Virus record (IMG/VR): IMGVR_UViG_3300047546_000217
Coordinates: 1 to 32,456 of that record
Reading direction: 5' to 3' (one strand)
DNA from: a virus
Lineage: Duplodnaviria > Caudoviricetes
DNA: 32,456 bases
The notes beneath the pieces were generated by a model, which worked only from the letters and a program-made list of their open reading frames with translations, was not told where the DNA came from and did not search any database. The position numbers and the translations under genes were made by a program. Numbering within the stretch: position 1 is the first letter of the stretch; every line of letters starts with the position of its first letter. Positions 23,613 to 32,456 of the stretch are shown here, in pieces.

Positions 23613-25836
23613 CTGTCCTGACAGCTTCTTCTATCAGGCGCAGGCGATCAGTGATTGGGCGAAGGTCTCCAGTCTCACGAGCTTTGGCTGCAAGCGCTTC
23701 AAGGTTTCTTGCCTCGTCTGGGTGTGCAGCCAGATACTCGGTCATGTGTTGGTTGTTGTACCCGGCAGATGAGCCAACCGCACCAGTGCCACCCATCCTC
23801 TCGACCCACGCATCAAACTCTTGAAAGTTTCTGAAGCCCAATTTTTGAACGTCTGCCTCTTTGCGCATGAGCCTGTCGTATGGGCCAAAGAACCCAGAGT
23901 ACACACCCATGGCTGAGTTAAGAGACTGACTAGCTTTTCCAGTGCGGTCGGCTCTATCAAGGTAGTTTCCAACCGCCGTCTTATTTGGATCGGAGGCTGG
24001 AACTGGTTCGCTGAGTGCGTTATTCCTTGCGGCCTGCTCATTTGTTGGCAAGCTCGACCTTGGTGCTGCCTTGCTGTGGTCGATGCGGCTGATCTGCGAG
24101 TCGATGTTGTTCACCATCTTGTCGTACTCAGCAAGCTGCTGGTTCAGGTAATCCTGAACACTGCCAGAGCCAGCTCTTGTGCTGCCGTCTGCGTTCTTAA
24201 TGGTGAACTGAATTTGCGTCCCATACTCTTGGAAGTTGGCGACCTCACCAGAAGTCCACTTGACACGCATGTTGCTGACAATGGTTCTGATGTTTTGCTT
24301 GTTGGCCTCGATCTCTGCCGCAAAGTCTTTTGTGTATGCGGAACCGTTCCAGTTTGCTGGGCCATCATTGGTAACCTTAGTCATGAGGTTGCCAATGAGT
24401 TTGTTCAAGAGATCGGCGGACTCGGTGACATGACGGCTGATCGACTCGCCCGGACGAACCGCCACACCTTTGGCAGCCATGTGCTCAGACGAAAACTTGA
24501 TTGCAAGCTCGGGCTTAGTGCGCCATTGGTACTTTCTCTGAAGTCCAGCCAAGACGGTCTCAGCGTTGTCTGCACCCTTCTCAAGGGCAGCAGCAGTTTT
24601 GACGACGTCGTCTAGCGGAGCGTCAGTGGATAGGCCACGCTCGACCAAGTTGATTAAGGCCAAGTACGCTGGGCCTTCTTTTTTCAGCGAGCCTGTTGCA
24701 ACGGCGCTGTTGACGCTCGTCTTGATGTTGACCTTGAAGTTGTCGAAATACGAGTCAGCTTGCGACTGACCGTATGCAGTTGCAGCAGCCTGACTTTGTT
24801 GGAAGTCAAAGCGAGCACGCATACGAGTGAACGTCTGCTCAAAGTCTGTTCCAAGAACTTTTCTTGCTTCGTCGATGCTGGCAAAGCGCTGCATGCCAAC
24901 ACGCGCTGACGCATTGTTGATGATGTCAAGCATCATGTCTGGAGTCATCGCTTGACCTCGATAGGTCTCAAGCAAAGATTTCAGTTCACCGTCTGGCGCT
25001 GTCAAAAGATTGTTGAGTTCTTTGACCTTGCGAGAATTTTCCGCAGAGGTCGTTACGTCTCTACGATTCTTCAAAGAGTCGATGAGTTGAGTGATCTCTT
25101 TGTCTGTTGGATTGACAAGGCCGTGTGCAGAAGCAATACCCATGACGCGCTTTTTGAGAGCGGTGTCATCCATGTAGATCATGGTGGGATCATTCAGCGT
25201 CTCAATCGCTTGGAAAGCGTTTTGCATGCTTGCCTTACGCTGAGTTTCAAGGCGATCAGTCATTGACTGACGCAGCATTTGCCTGACGATTGCTGGCTCT
25301 TTCTCGAACAGTGCGTCAATGTCCTTTGGGTCATTGGCGTTCGTGAAGCGAGGTGTTGTGATGAGTTCAGCAACTCGCGTGTTGAGCTTCTTCGTCTGAA
25401 TTGTTTCTAGGCTTCCGCTGTGCTTTGACCACCATGTTGCGCCAGCATCAGGGCCAAAAGCCTTGATAATTTTTTGTTGGGCGATTTCTGGTGTGTCAGC
25501 AATGTCGATGAATGCAGAGCCAGTGTCGAGTTGCTTTTGGTTGTTCTCGAAGTCTCTTGTTGTGCGGTCGAGGATGTTTGAGACGACACGCTGGTTCTGG
25601 TTGCCAGCAATCGTCTTCATCATGGACTGAGCAGGAAGCGCATCAGAGAAGTAGGGATCGCCGCCAGTAATTGACTGGCGGAAATTGTCCAACGCCTCTG
25701 CGGTGAGAGGCGTGTCATTCTTTGTGGCTTCGTCGATAAACATCTGCCACGCCTTGGCGTTCTCAGAGCGTTGCTCGCGAAGGAACTTCTTTCCTTCCTC
25801 CCAACCCTCTATGTAGCCAGCATAGTTGCGTGCCAT
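23569..25836 (-). CDS. Putative internal virion/ejection protein (755 aa)
   Basis: Long, helical-looking, Cys-free protein in the position of the middle ejection gene. GGGGGA RBS. Confidence 0.7.
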   Translation of the reverse strand: MARNYAGYIEGWEEGKKFLREQRSENAKAWQMFIDEATKNDTPLTAEALDNFRQSITGGDPYFSDALPAQSMMKTIAGNQNQRVVSNILDRTTRDFENNQKQLDTGSAFIDIADTPEIAQQKIIKAFGPDAGATWWSKHSGSLETIQTKKLNTRVAELITTPRFTNANDPKDIDALFEKEPAIVRQMLRQSMTDRLETQRKASMQNAFQAIETLNDPTMIYMDDTALKKRVMGIASAHGLVNPTDKEITQLIDSLKNRRDVTTSAENSRKVKELNNLLTAPDGELKSLLETYRGQAMTPDMMLDIINNASARVGMQRFASIDEARKVLGTDFEQTFTRMRARFDFQQSQAAATAYGQSQADSYFDNFKVNIKTSVNSAVATGSLKKEGPAYLALINLVERGLSTDAPLDDVVKTAAALEKGADNAETVLAGLQRKYQWRTKPELAIKFSSEHMAAKGVAVRPGESISRHVTESADLLNKLIGNLMTKVTNDGPANWNGSAYTKDFAAEIEANKQNIRTIVSNMRVKWTSGEVANFQEYGTQIQFTIKNADGSTRAGSGSVQDYLNQQLAEYDKMVNNIDSQISRIDHSKAAPRSSLPTNEQAARNNALSEPVPASDPNKTAVGNYLDRADRTGKASQSLNSAMGVYSGFFGPYDRLMRKEADVQKLGFRNFQEFDAWVERMGGTGAVGSSAGYNNQHMTEYLAAHPDEARNLEALAAKARETGDLRPITDRLRLIEEAVRTGGGVAPGSLPPGGG
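23575..23601. repeat. Perfect 11-bp GC-rich inverted repeat in the gene overlap
   Basis: Minus strand GCCCCCGGGAG-TCTCC-CTCCCGGGGGC, flanked by GTT (23604-23602) and G-GTT (23573-23571). Confidence 0.92.
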
Positions 25837-25847
25837 TGTTTCCCCCG

Positions 25848-26660
25848 TTACTTAGTAGTGCCGCTGGCAGTGCCCATCTGGCGCAAGATCGAGCCAATCT
25901 TTTCATCAAGACTTGCAGTTGTCCAACCAGCGTACTTGTTGGCGTCTGTGGAAGCCGTTGTGTAACTCTTGGACAAGTCTGCGTACCCCTGATTGACGCT
26001 TTGCGCGAGCGCACTGTTTTGCTGTGGCAAAAGATTTCTCTCTGCGTTGAACTGGGTTCCGTACACAGTGCCCATCTCGTTGAGCAAGTTTGACCGACCC
26101 TTTTGGATGGTGTCCTGCATGGAAGATGAGCGCTGAATGGCCTGATCGTATGCAGCCTGATCTGCTTTCATGAACTCTGGCGCAAACTTTGCCACGATCT
26201 CTGCTTGCTGATCGTTGTTGAGCGTGCTTTCGCCCATACCTTTTGCGATGTTGCCAGCCCAAGTGCGGCTTGAGACTAGGTTGACTGCCTTGTTGATGTC
26301 GCCGAAGTTCTGCTCGCGCAGAGTCAAGTAGTCTTTTTGAATCTGAGACGGATTGACTGTGTAGGGCGTGCCCAAGTAGGCGTATGCCTGCTGCATTGCT
26401 GCGCCCAAGTTCGACGACTCCTGAAGCAGTCGATCACGCAGTGCAAGATAATCAGCCCGATTCTGAGAATCGGTCTCCATCATGTACTGAAGATATTTAG
26501 CCTGATTGGCTAGGGCAACTTGGCGCTCTGCATCAGCTTGGCGTGCGTTCGCATCAGCTTGAAAGACATCTACACCTTGACCGATAAGCTGCGCCCATCC
26601 GCCAGCCTCTCCGCCAAGGAGCTTGTTGCCTACGTTGCCAAGGAAAGAGCCGATAGCCAT
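25848..26660 (-). CDS. Putative small ejection/DNA-transfer protein
   Basis: Gly-rich amphipathic N-terminus followed by Q/A-rich helices. AAGGAG RBS. Confidence 0.65.
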   Translation of the reverse strand: MAIGSFLGNVGNKLLGGEAGGWAQLIGQGVDVFQADANARQADAERQVALANQAKYLQYMMETDSQNRADYLALRDRLLQESSNLGAAMQQAYAYLGTPYTVNPSQIQKDYLTLREQNFGDINKAVNLVSSRTWAGNIAKGMGESTLNNDQQAEIVAKFAPEFMKADQAAYDQAIQRSSSMQDTIQKGRSNLLNEMGTVYGTQFNAERNLLPQQNSALAQSVNQGYADLSKSYTTASTDANKYAGWTTASLDEKIGSILRQMGTASGTTK

Positions 26661-26672
26661 ATCGAGTGCTCC

Positions 26673-27431
26673 TTAGACGTTCATCATTCGAGCGCCAAAG
26701 CCGCGAGCCATGCGTGGGTTTTGCAGATACCGAGAGAAAGGCCCAGTTGCAACTTGCATTGCGAGCTTTGATCCGGGTACGAAACCGACGCCCTGCTGGC
26801 CTTGCTGAGACAGAAGAACGTAGTTTACATCTGGAGCAACAGCTTGGTTTGGGGTAGGCGGAGTCCCCACTGGTACGACGTCGCCAGACGGAGCAACCAC
26901 TGGCGTCTCAGTCTGCTGCACGGTATCGGCTGGAAGAGCCTGCGTCACAACCTGACCTTCGCTGCCCATCAAAGCGCGACGACCAAAGCCTTCGCCACCG
27001 GGTGGGTTGCCAGCAAAGTTTTGAGGTGCGACCGCATAGGTTGCGGGCGGCAAGCCTTCGGCTGAAGGGATTTGCGTGCCGGGGTCTGCGCTCACCATGG
27101 AACGCAAGTCAGCACGTCTGTCCACCATCATCCCGGGCTGCTGACCCGTAGACGGCTGGCGCGTGCCTCCCATGAACTCAAACATGCGCTCGTCTTTTCT
27201 CTTCGCGCCTTGCAGGTAGGCGTCTCCGGCTGGCGCTTGCGCCATGGGAGACGTTGCCAACGCTTGGCGCAAGAAATCGAGCGGCTGTGCCGTTTGAGTT
27301 GTAGGTGTAGATACGCCCTGACCACCAAGGAACGCAGTGTTGACTGGTTGAGGTGTAGTGGCCTTGGGTTGTGTGGGTTGTTGGACTACGGGTGCTGGTG
27401 ACCCGCCGCCGCCTCCGCCGCCTAGACTCAT
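26673..27431 (-). CDS. Low-complexity (P/Q/G/A/T) hypothetical virion protein
   Basis: AAGGAG RBS. Starts MSLGGGGGGGSPAP and fills the space between co-oriented genes. Confidence 0.7.
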   Translation of the reverse strand: MSLGGGGGGGSPAPVVQQPTQPKATTPQPVNTAFLGGQGVSTPTTQTAQPLDFLRQALATSPMAQAPAGDAYLQGAKRKDERMFEFMGGTRQPSTGQQPGMMVDRRADLRSMVSADPGTQIPSAEGLPPATYAVAPQNFAGNPPGGEGFGRRALMGSEGQVVTQALPADTVQQTETPVVAPSGDVVPVGTPPTPNQAVAPDVNYVLLSQQGQQGVGFVPGSKLAMQVATGPFSRYLQNPRMARGFGARMMNV

Positions 27432-27459
27432 GATGGTTCTCCTTTACAAGATTGTCTCA

Positions 27460-27490
27460 ACGATACTACTAAGACGATTGTTGGTCGTCC
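27460..27490 (-). promoter_or_regulatory. Candidate late promoter GGACGAC-N18-TATCGT
   Basis: Lies in the 58-nt gap upstream of the 27431 start. Confidence 0.58.
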
Positions 27491-27939
27491 TAGCCCAAAA
27501 GAACTTTTGAACCCCATCCGCTTTGTGGCTGACCAGCAAGCGAAGACGAAAACGTCCCAGCGCCGCCGCCCTGAACGGGATTCATTGACGGCGCAAAGTT
27601 GCTCAGTGTTGGAGTCCTGCCCGCCCCACCAGTTTGGGCTGGCTGCCGGAATGCGGCTGGGGCTGTGTTTTGCATTTGCATTTGCATGGGGGTCACCGCT
27701 GGGCCAGCCTGAACATTAGGGTTCATGTATGGTCTTGCGTCATCAAGAAAAATCATTTTTTGGTCTATGGCCTGCTGTTGCTTTTGAGCAAGAGCCTGCT
27801 TTGCAAGAGCTTGCATGACCAGAGGGATGATGGCCCCAAACGCTCCACCGCTGGCGGCAGGAGGTGGGGCTTCTTGCGGCTGGGCAAGGCCAGCACCAGC
27901 GACTGCCCTTGCGATCAATTCACTCATGTTTTGAAACAT
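27490..27939 (-). CDS. Low-complexity (Q/A/G/P) hypothetical protein
   Basis: TAATG coupling with the GNAT stop and AAGGA upstream. Confidence 0.68.
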   Translation of the reverse strand: MFQNMSELIARAVAGAGLAQPQEAPPPAASGGAFGAIIPLVMQALAKQALAQKQQQAIDQKMIFLDDARPYMNPNVQAGPAVTPMQMQMQNTAPAAFRQPAQTGGAGRTPTLSNFAPSMNPVQGGGAGTFSSSLAGQPQSGWGSKVLLG

Positions 27940-28388
27940 TACATTTCCTTTCTGAAGTAGAGGCCGGTTTTCTCAAAGCCAAGATGGTTGGCAAACGACT
28001 CCCATCGTGGGTCAAGCCCCATGCCAGACGGAACAAAAGTGGCGATCACCGCGCCATTTTCCTTTGCCCAATGATCGTAAACCCTCATCAACTGTATGCC
28101 AGCCATGTGCCCACGGTCGTCTTTGTTGACAAACAGAAAGTCGTGGACAGCCATGATGTCGTTGCTGAAGGCTGGATTCTCCAAGTGAGCAATGACGAAG
28201 CCAATGACTCCGCTACCATCTTCAGCCACCCAGAACAACGACCAAGGGTTTTCAATCACGTTCCTTCCATAGGCCACCGACTTATCAGCATCGAACGAGA
28301 CCATCTTGTAGATGCTTTCGTGCCAAAACTGCTCGGCAAGACGAAGGCATGGCTGGATGTCTGTCTCAGTCGCTGGCCTGACTTTCAT
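27939..28388 (-). CDS. GNAT-family acetyltransferase
   Basis: MKVRPATETDI start, VIGFV, LFVNKDDRGHMAGIQLM (motif A) and HLGFEKTG. Confidence 0.88.
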   Translation of the reverse strand: MKVRPATETDIQPCLRLAEQFWHESIYKMVSFDADKSVAYGRNVIENPWSLFWVAEDGSGVIGFVIAHLENPAFSNDIMAVHDFLFVNKDDRGHMAGIQLMRVYDHWAKENGAVIATFVPSGMGLDPRWESFANHLGFEKTGLYFRKEM

Positions 28389-28397
28389 GGTTTACCC

Positions 28398-29501
28398 TTA
28401 TGCGTAGACCACGTTTTGTCCCCATCCGGTGCGGCGACCACGAGAGAGGGAGTTTGCAAATGAGCCTGAATCATAGGGTGCGCTGTTGTACGAGATTGCG
28501 CCGGTGTCCCGGTTCTTGACCTCGTTGAGCATGTTCACACCGGGTATACCCGTGATACTGGCTCCGCTCGCGTATGGCGCAGCACCACCCATGACGCCAC
28601 CTGCGGATGTGCTGTTGATGGCTTCCGAGAAAGGCAGGAAGCTCATTTGTGTAGCAGTCGGCATCTGTTTTGCAGTGGCGGAACCCGGCAATGTCACCTG
28701 ATTTTTCATGGCGGCCTCGTACTGCTTGGCTGCCTCTTCTGCACCCAGCATTCCCGAGTAAGCTGCAATGCCGCCAGCAAGTTGTGTATTGAGAGCAACA
28801 CTTCCTAGCTGACCGATGTTTGTTGCCATGACGTTTTTGACGGCAGCATCTGGGAGCCAGTTGATGACATTGGTTGCGCCCTTGGCAAGAGTGGCGGTCA
28901 AGCCTTCCTTGGCGGCTGCGTCTGCAAGACCCTGCCCAACGCTTTGCTGCGCAAGAGTTTTGGTGGCTTCTGTTGCGACAGTGTTTGTGGCGGATGAAGA
29001 ACCGGCTGCGAGAGCACCTGCGGCTGTCGACGTGTCTGCCACAGCGCCAGCAGCAGAGCTTGTGCCACCAGTCGATGGAGTGCTCATGGATGCGCCAATG
29101 TAGGACACGCCAGCAGAAAGCGCCGCTTCTTCCCACGAACCGCCAGTTGCTTTGGTTGCTGCGGCGGAAGCTGCGGCAGCACCGGCTGGGCCACCCAGAG
29201 CAAAGCCGACAATGGGCGCGGCAATGCGCACAAGGCTGCTCCAGAAGCCAAAGTTCTGTTCGCCCGTGTAGGGGTTGTACATGCCGTTCGGGTCGCCCGC
29301 AATGTAGTTGCTTGGCAGGCCGCCGCTCTGAAGAATCGCGACTTTCGCCAAGTTGGCGATGTCGGGGTTCTGCTCCATGACTTGCCTTGGGATGACCAAG
29401 TCACCGGGCTGAGTTTTGGATGGAATGATGTCACCCTTGACGGCGTGCCAAGGGAAGGACGCGATCTCCTTTTGTCCGGGGATGTCAGGTAGGTATGCCA
29501 T
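28398..29501 (-). CDS. Putative ejection/pilot-like virion protein
   Basis: PGDLVIP and YNPYTGEQNFGF motifs followed by a hydrophobic Gly/Ala-rich stretch (IAAPIVGFALGGPAGAAA). Confidence 0.65.
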   Translation of the reverse strand: MAYLPDIPGQKEIASFPWHAVKGDIIPSKTQPGDLVIPRQVMEQNPDIANLAKVAILQSGGLPSNYIAGDPNGMYNPYTGEQNFGFWSSLVRIAAPIVGFALGGPAGAAAASAAATKATGGSWEEAALSAGVSYIGASMSTPSTGGTSSAAGAVADTSTAAGALAAGSSSATNTVATEATKTLAQQSVGQGLADAAAKEGLTATLAKGATNVINWLPDAAVKNVMATNIGQLGSVALNTQLAGGIAAYSGMLGAEEAAKQYEAAMKNQVTLPGSATAKQMPTATQMSFLPFSEAINSTSAGGVMGGAAPYASGASITGIPGVNMLNEVKNRDTGAISYNSAPYDSGSFANSLSRGRRTGWGQNVVYA

Positions 29502-29511
29502 TCAACACTCC

Positions 29512-31353
29512 TTAGATGTTCAGTGTTGCCACTGAGACGCCCACCTCCAAGGTGTTTGCGCTGGTGGCAGAAGTGACGACCAATTCCAGACGGCGACCAG
29601 ACGACGTTCCGTCTACTTCCAGAACCGTTGGCATGTCTTGAGACAAGCGAGAGTTCGTTACGGCGAAAGTCGTGCCAATGGTTGAACCATCGACCGCCAA
29701 CTGAATCGTGCAAGTTCCTGAGACGAGCTTCGCTGTGATGCCGTCAATGCGGATTTTTTGCTTGTAGACCACGCCAAGGAAGTAGGTCTTGTTGGTCACA
29801 GTGGCTGCGCTGTCTTCGTGAGGAGAGAAGAAGTCGAGCGTGTAGGTGGCGAAGGTGTCTGGCAACTGGTTGACAGGCATCTTGCCGCCAGAGCCGAGCG
29901 TAGCAACACCGTTCGCAGCGCCCATGTAGGTCTTGGGAATAACGGCTGAGAAGTCGATGTTGCCGTATTCGAGCGCAGTACCAGTGCCGTTCACGCGAAC
30001 GTACTGACCAGCGTTTGATTGCAAGAACGTGGGCAGAGACGAGTCGGGCGAGGTTTGCAGCCACTGAGTGCCGTCGTAGAACTTCAAAACAACGGGCGTC
30101 TTAGAAGTGTCGAGCCATAAGTCCGACGTTGCTGCACCCTGCGGAGTGCTCGATGCAATGGTCATGTTGGCCTTTGCAGCAAGCGTTGTTGCGAGGGAAG
30201 CAACCTTGCTTTGTGGAATCTCGTTAGCGGCAACTGCTAACTTGTTCCATAAGATGTAGCCTTGATCGTTCGTGTAGTTGTCCTCGAACATGAGACCAGC
30301 TACCGTCTTGAGTGATGTGTTCTCAACGGTCAACACGGTGATCTTGTCGCCAGTTGTCAGGCCAGCAGGATCGAGGAACGTGATAGTGTCTGCTGCGGCG
30401 GACGCCAAATAGTCGGCAGCACCGCCTTCTTCTTGAAGAACACCGTTTCGCCATACCAAGATTTTTTCATCTTCGGTGTGGACAAATGGAATGACAGTCG
30501 TAGAACCTTGCACGTCGGTGTCTTGACGGCGGAAGTTCGTAACAGCTTGTGACCGGATCGAATAAATCGTGATCTTGTCTCCAAGCACAACACCATTGGC
30601 GAGTGTAACTGTGTTCGCCGATGTGTTGTATGTGAACTGCGAAGGAATGCCAGTGTTGGTTGCGCCAACCAAAAGCAAGCCGTTTTGATACACCACAATA
30701 TTTGAGACGGCTGGGTCAAACGAATACGACACCGTCGCAGCCGCAGAGGTCAGTGCGGCGAGCGTAGCAGTAGCTGTTGCCTGAACACCGCCCGCTGTCT
30801 GAGGAGCCTGAATTGTGATGGTAGGAGCCTGCGTATAGCCGGAACCTTGGCTGGTAATCGCGATTCCTGTCACAGCACCAGAACCGTTGATCGTCGCCAC
30901 GGCTACTGGTCGCGTACCATTGCCGTCTTGCGGAGCAGAGAACGAAACAGTTGGTGCGGTTGTGTAGCCAGAACCAGCAGTGCCAACGGCAGCGCTTGCT
31001 ACGCCAGTGGTGATGAGCTTGTCTTGACGGTTGTAGAAGAACGGGCCTTCCACGTTACCGACAGACGAGCCGGATGGGCCGCGAAGCGACGCAATGTCGT
31101 AGAGCGTGATCCAGCCAGACTCAGAGCTTGCGTACTGACCGACTCGGTATTGCAGCCCAGAGACGGTGTCGACGCGGAACTCGATAGGGCCACGGAACTC
31201 ACCGGCCTCGTTGAAGAGGATAGAAAGAAGCTCGGCGACCGTCTTGTTGCCAAGCTCTGCCGTGTTGAGGTATCGAATTACGTTCTCAAAATCCGTGTGG
31301 ATGTTGCCTGAGTTGACGTAGTTCTGAGGGTGTTGCTGTCGTAGTCGAGCCAT
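29512..31353 (-). CDS. Tail fibre / tail-associated structural protein
   Basis: Thr/Ser/Gly-rich beta protein with two GSGYTxAPT(V/I) repeats, two V(Y/W)xNGxL...GDKIT repeats and a GAANGVATL fibre motif. Confidence 0.72.
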   Translation of the reverse strand: MARLRQQHPQNYVNSGNIHTDFENVIRYLNTAELGNKTVAELLSILFNEAGEFRGPIEFRVDTVSGLQYRVGQYASSESGWITLYDIASLRGPSGSSVGNVEGPFFYNRQDKLITTGVASAAVGTAGSGYTTAPTVSFSAPQDGNGTRPVAVATINGSGAVTGIAITSQGSGYTQAPTITIQAPQTAGGVQATATATLAALTSAAATVSYSFDPAVSNIVVYQNGLLLVGATNTGIPSQFTYNTSANTVTLANGVVLGDKITIYSIRSQAVTNFRRQDTDVQGSTTVIPFVHTEDEKILVWRNGVLQEEGGAADYLASAAADTITFLDPAGLTTGDKITVLTVENTSLKTVAGLMFEDNYTNDQGYILWNKLAVAANEIPQSKVASLATTLAAKANMTIASSTPQGAATSDLWLDTSKTPVVLKFYDGTQWLQTSPDSSLPTFLQSNAGQYVRVNGTGTALEYGNIDFSAVIPKTYMGAANGVATLGSGGKMPVNQLPDTFATYTLDFFSPHEDSAATVTNKTYFLGVVYKQKIRIDGITAKLVSGTCTIQLAVDGSTIGTTFAVTNSRLSQDMPTVLEVDGTSSGRRLELVVTSATSANTLEVGVSVATLNI

Positions 31354-31365
31354 TTTTTAAGTCCT

Positions 31366-32454
31366 TCAAGAAGTTCTTACCGTGACGGCAAAGCCAATGA
31401 TTTTCAGCAGCCCCTTACCACGGGTAGTGAACCGGAACTGTACACCGCGATAGCGGTGCTCAAACTTCCGTTCATACTGACGTGATAGCGGAACATCGGG
31501 GAATTTGTCGTCCGCGCCGCCGTCTTCGATCAGGAACTGCATCGAAGTCAAATAGCGACCACGCTCGTCAAAAGCCTCTACCTGAAGTTCGCCTTTGCCC
31601 GTTGCCTGCAAGATGAAGGAGAACGACTCTTTGATGTCGTTCAACGCACCCTGCCACAAAATTGGTGTAGTGACGATCATTTCCGGGCTGAAGTCAGCCG
31701 TCTCGTCTTCAATGTATTTGCGCTCCCACACACCACCCGGAGTGCCAAAAACAGTCACTCCGCCAAGTTGGCGACCACACATGGCGTTTAGGAAGTCTCC
31801 GGTAGACCACTTTGATTCGCCGCCCTGCATCGGGTTTAGAGTGAGGGTAAGCCGCTTGCAGATGAGGTCTGAGATGGGGAAGAAGACGTGATACTGGCCC
31901 TCGTCTTGATCGAAGTAGGCAGAGATTTGCTCTGGGTCTTGAACCATCTTGACCATGCTTCGGTAAAGCGAGTCGATCTTGTTCGACATTGGGATCGAGA
32001 AGATCGTGATACCGTTTGTGTCAGAGCGACGCAATGAGTGAACGCCATCGCGAGAGCAGAACATCAAGTCTGATCCGGCGGTGACGATGGAGTTGTGGCT
32101 GATGGTTCCAACCTTGACGTTAGCTTTGTCGTCAATGGCCCACTGTGTGTAGTCTGGGTGCAACTGGTAGACCAGAGTCTGGTCATTCGTGAACACGGCA
32201 AGACGGTTGTTTTCAAACACGCCAAGGCCGCGAATTTCGTCAGCGGTTCCAATGATGTTTGCAACGTCAATCTTGGCAGCCTTGGTTACGTCGGTGGAGC
32301 GTGCGTCTTCGTCTTCGGTGAAGACATCTTCGTTGTCGACTCGGCTGATGTCGATGATGGTGCGTTTGTCTGGAGCACCAGCGATTGCAAGACGGCGCTG
32401 AATAGCGACGCCGTATGCTGGGCGAGCATTGTTCTTTGTCTTGATCTTCTCGAA
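31366..32454 (-). CDS. Tail tubular B / stabilisation (nozzle)-like protein, 5' end outside the window
   Basis: The frame stays open from 32220 to the window edge (FEKIKTKNNARPAYGVAIQRRLAIAG...). Beta-propeller-like pattern (LAVFTNDQTLVY, LMFCSRDGVHSL). Sits upstream of the fibre and ejection genes. Confidence 0.68.
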   Translation of the reverse strand, partial: FEKIKTKNNARPAYGVAIQRRLAIAGAPDKRTIIDISRVDNEDVFTEDEDARSTDVTKAAKIDVANIIGTADEIRGLGVFENNRLAVFTNDQTLVYQLHPDYTQWAIDDKANVKVGTISHNSIVTAGSDLMFCSRDGVHSLRRSDTNGITIFSIPMSNKIDSLYRSMVKMVQDPEQISAYFDQDEGQYHVFFPISDLICKRLTLTLNPMQGGESKWSTGDFLNAMCGRQLGGVTVFGTPGGVWERKYIEDETADFSPEMIVTTPILWQGALNDIKESFSFILQATGKGELQVEAFDERGRYLTSMQFLIEDGGADDKFPDVPLSRQYERKFEHRYRGVQFRFTTRGKGLLKIIGFAVTVRTS

Positions 32455-32456
32455 GA

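Noticed and set aside
1-32456. tRNA genes, integrase/att sites, IS elements, introns, inteins and DGR
   Set aside because: None recognised by eye, and the intergenic gaps are short and accounted for. This was not tested computationally.

Overview
A 32.5-kb fragment of a tailed dsDNA bacteriophage genome with podovirus-like architecture. No host, integrase, tRNA, CRISPR or DNA polymerase gene is visible. From left to right: (i) 1-5174, minus strand: small basic proteins, a Holliday-junction-resolvase-like nuclease, an HTH/zinc-finger protein, a Prim-Pol primase fused to a RecA-like helicase, and a Cro-like regulator. (ii) A divergent control region at about 5175-5351. (iii) 5352-9354, plus strand: recombination and nucleotide module (Sak4/AAA_24 ATPase, SSB, Cas4-like exonuclease, DUF1937-like protein, dNMP kinase), closed by a terminator. 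(iv) 9257-32456, minus strand: late operon with tail proteins, a GNAT, several ejection-protein-like genes, a 3870-aa polyvalent protein (two HExxH zincin modules and an ADP-ribosyltransferase), an M15 endolysin and a 3TM holin. The most unusual signal is at 23569-23612. There a perfect 11-bp GC hairpin flanked by matching GTT codons joins a 755-aa ejection-like gene to an out-of-frame linker-plus-M15-peptidase ORF that has no good ribosome-binding site. This suggests programmed translational bypassing or frameshifting to a fusion of about 1140 aa. A recurring GGACGAC-N18/19-YAnnnT motif looks like a phage-specific late promoter. Family calls come from reading motifs by eye, not from database searches.
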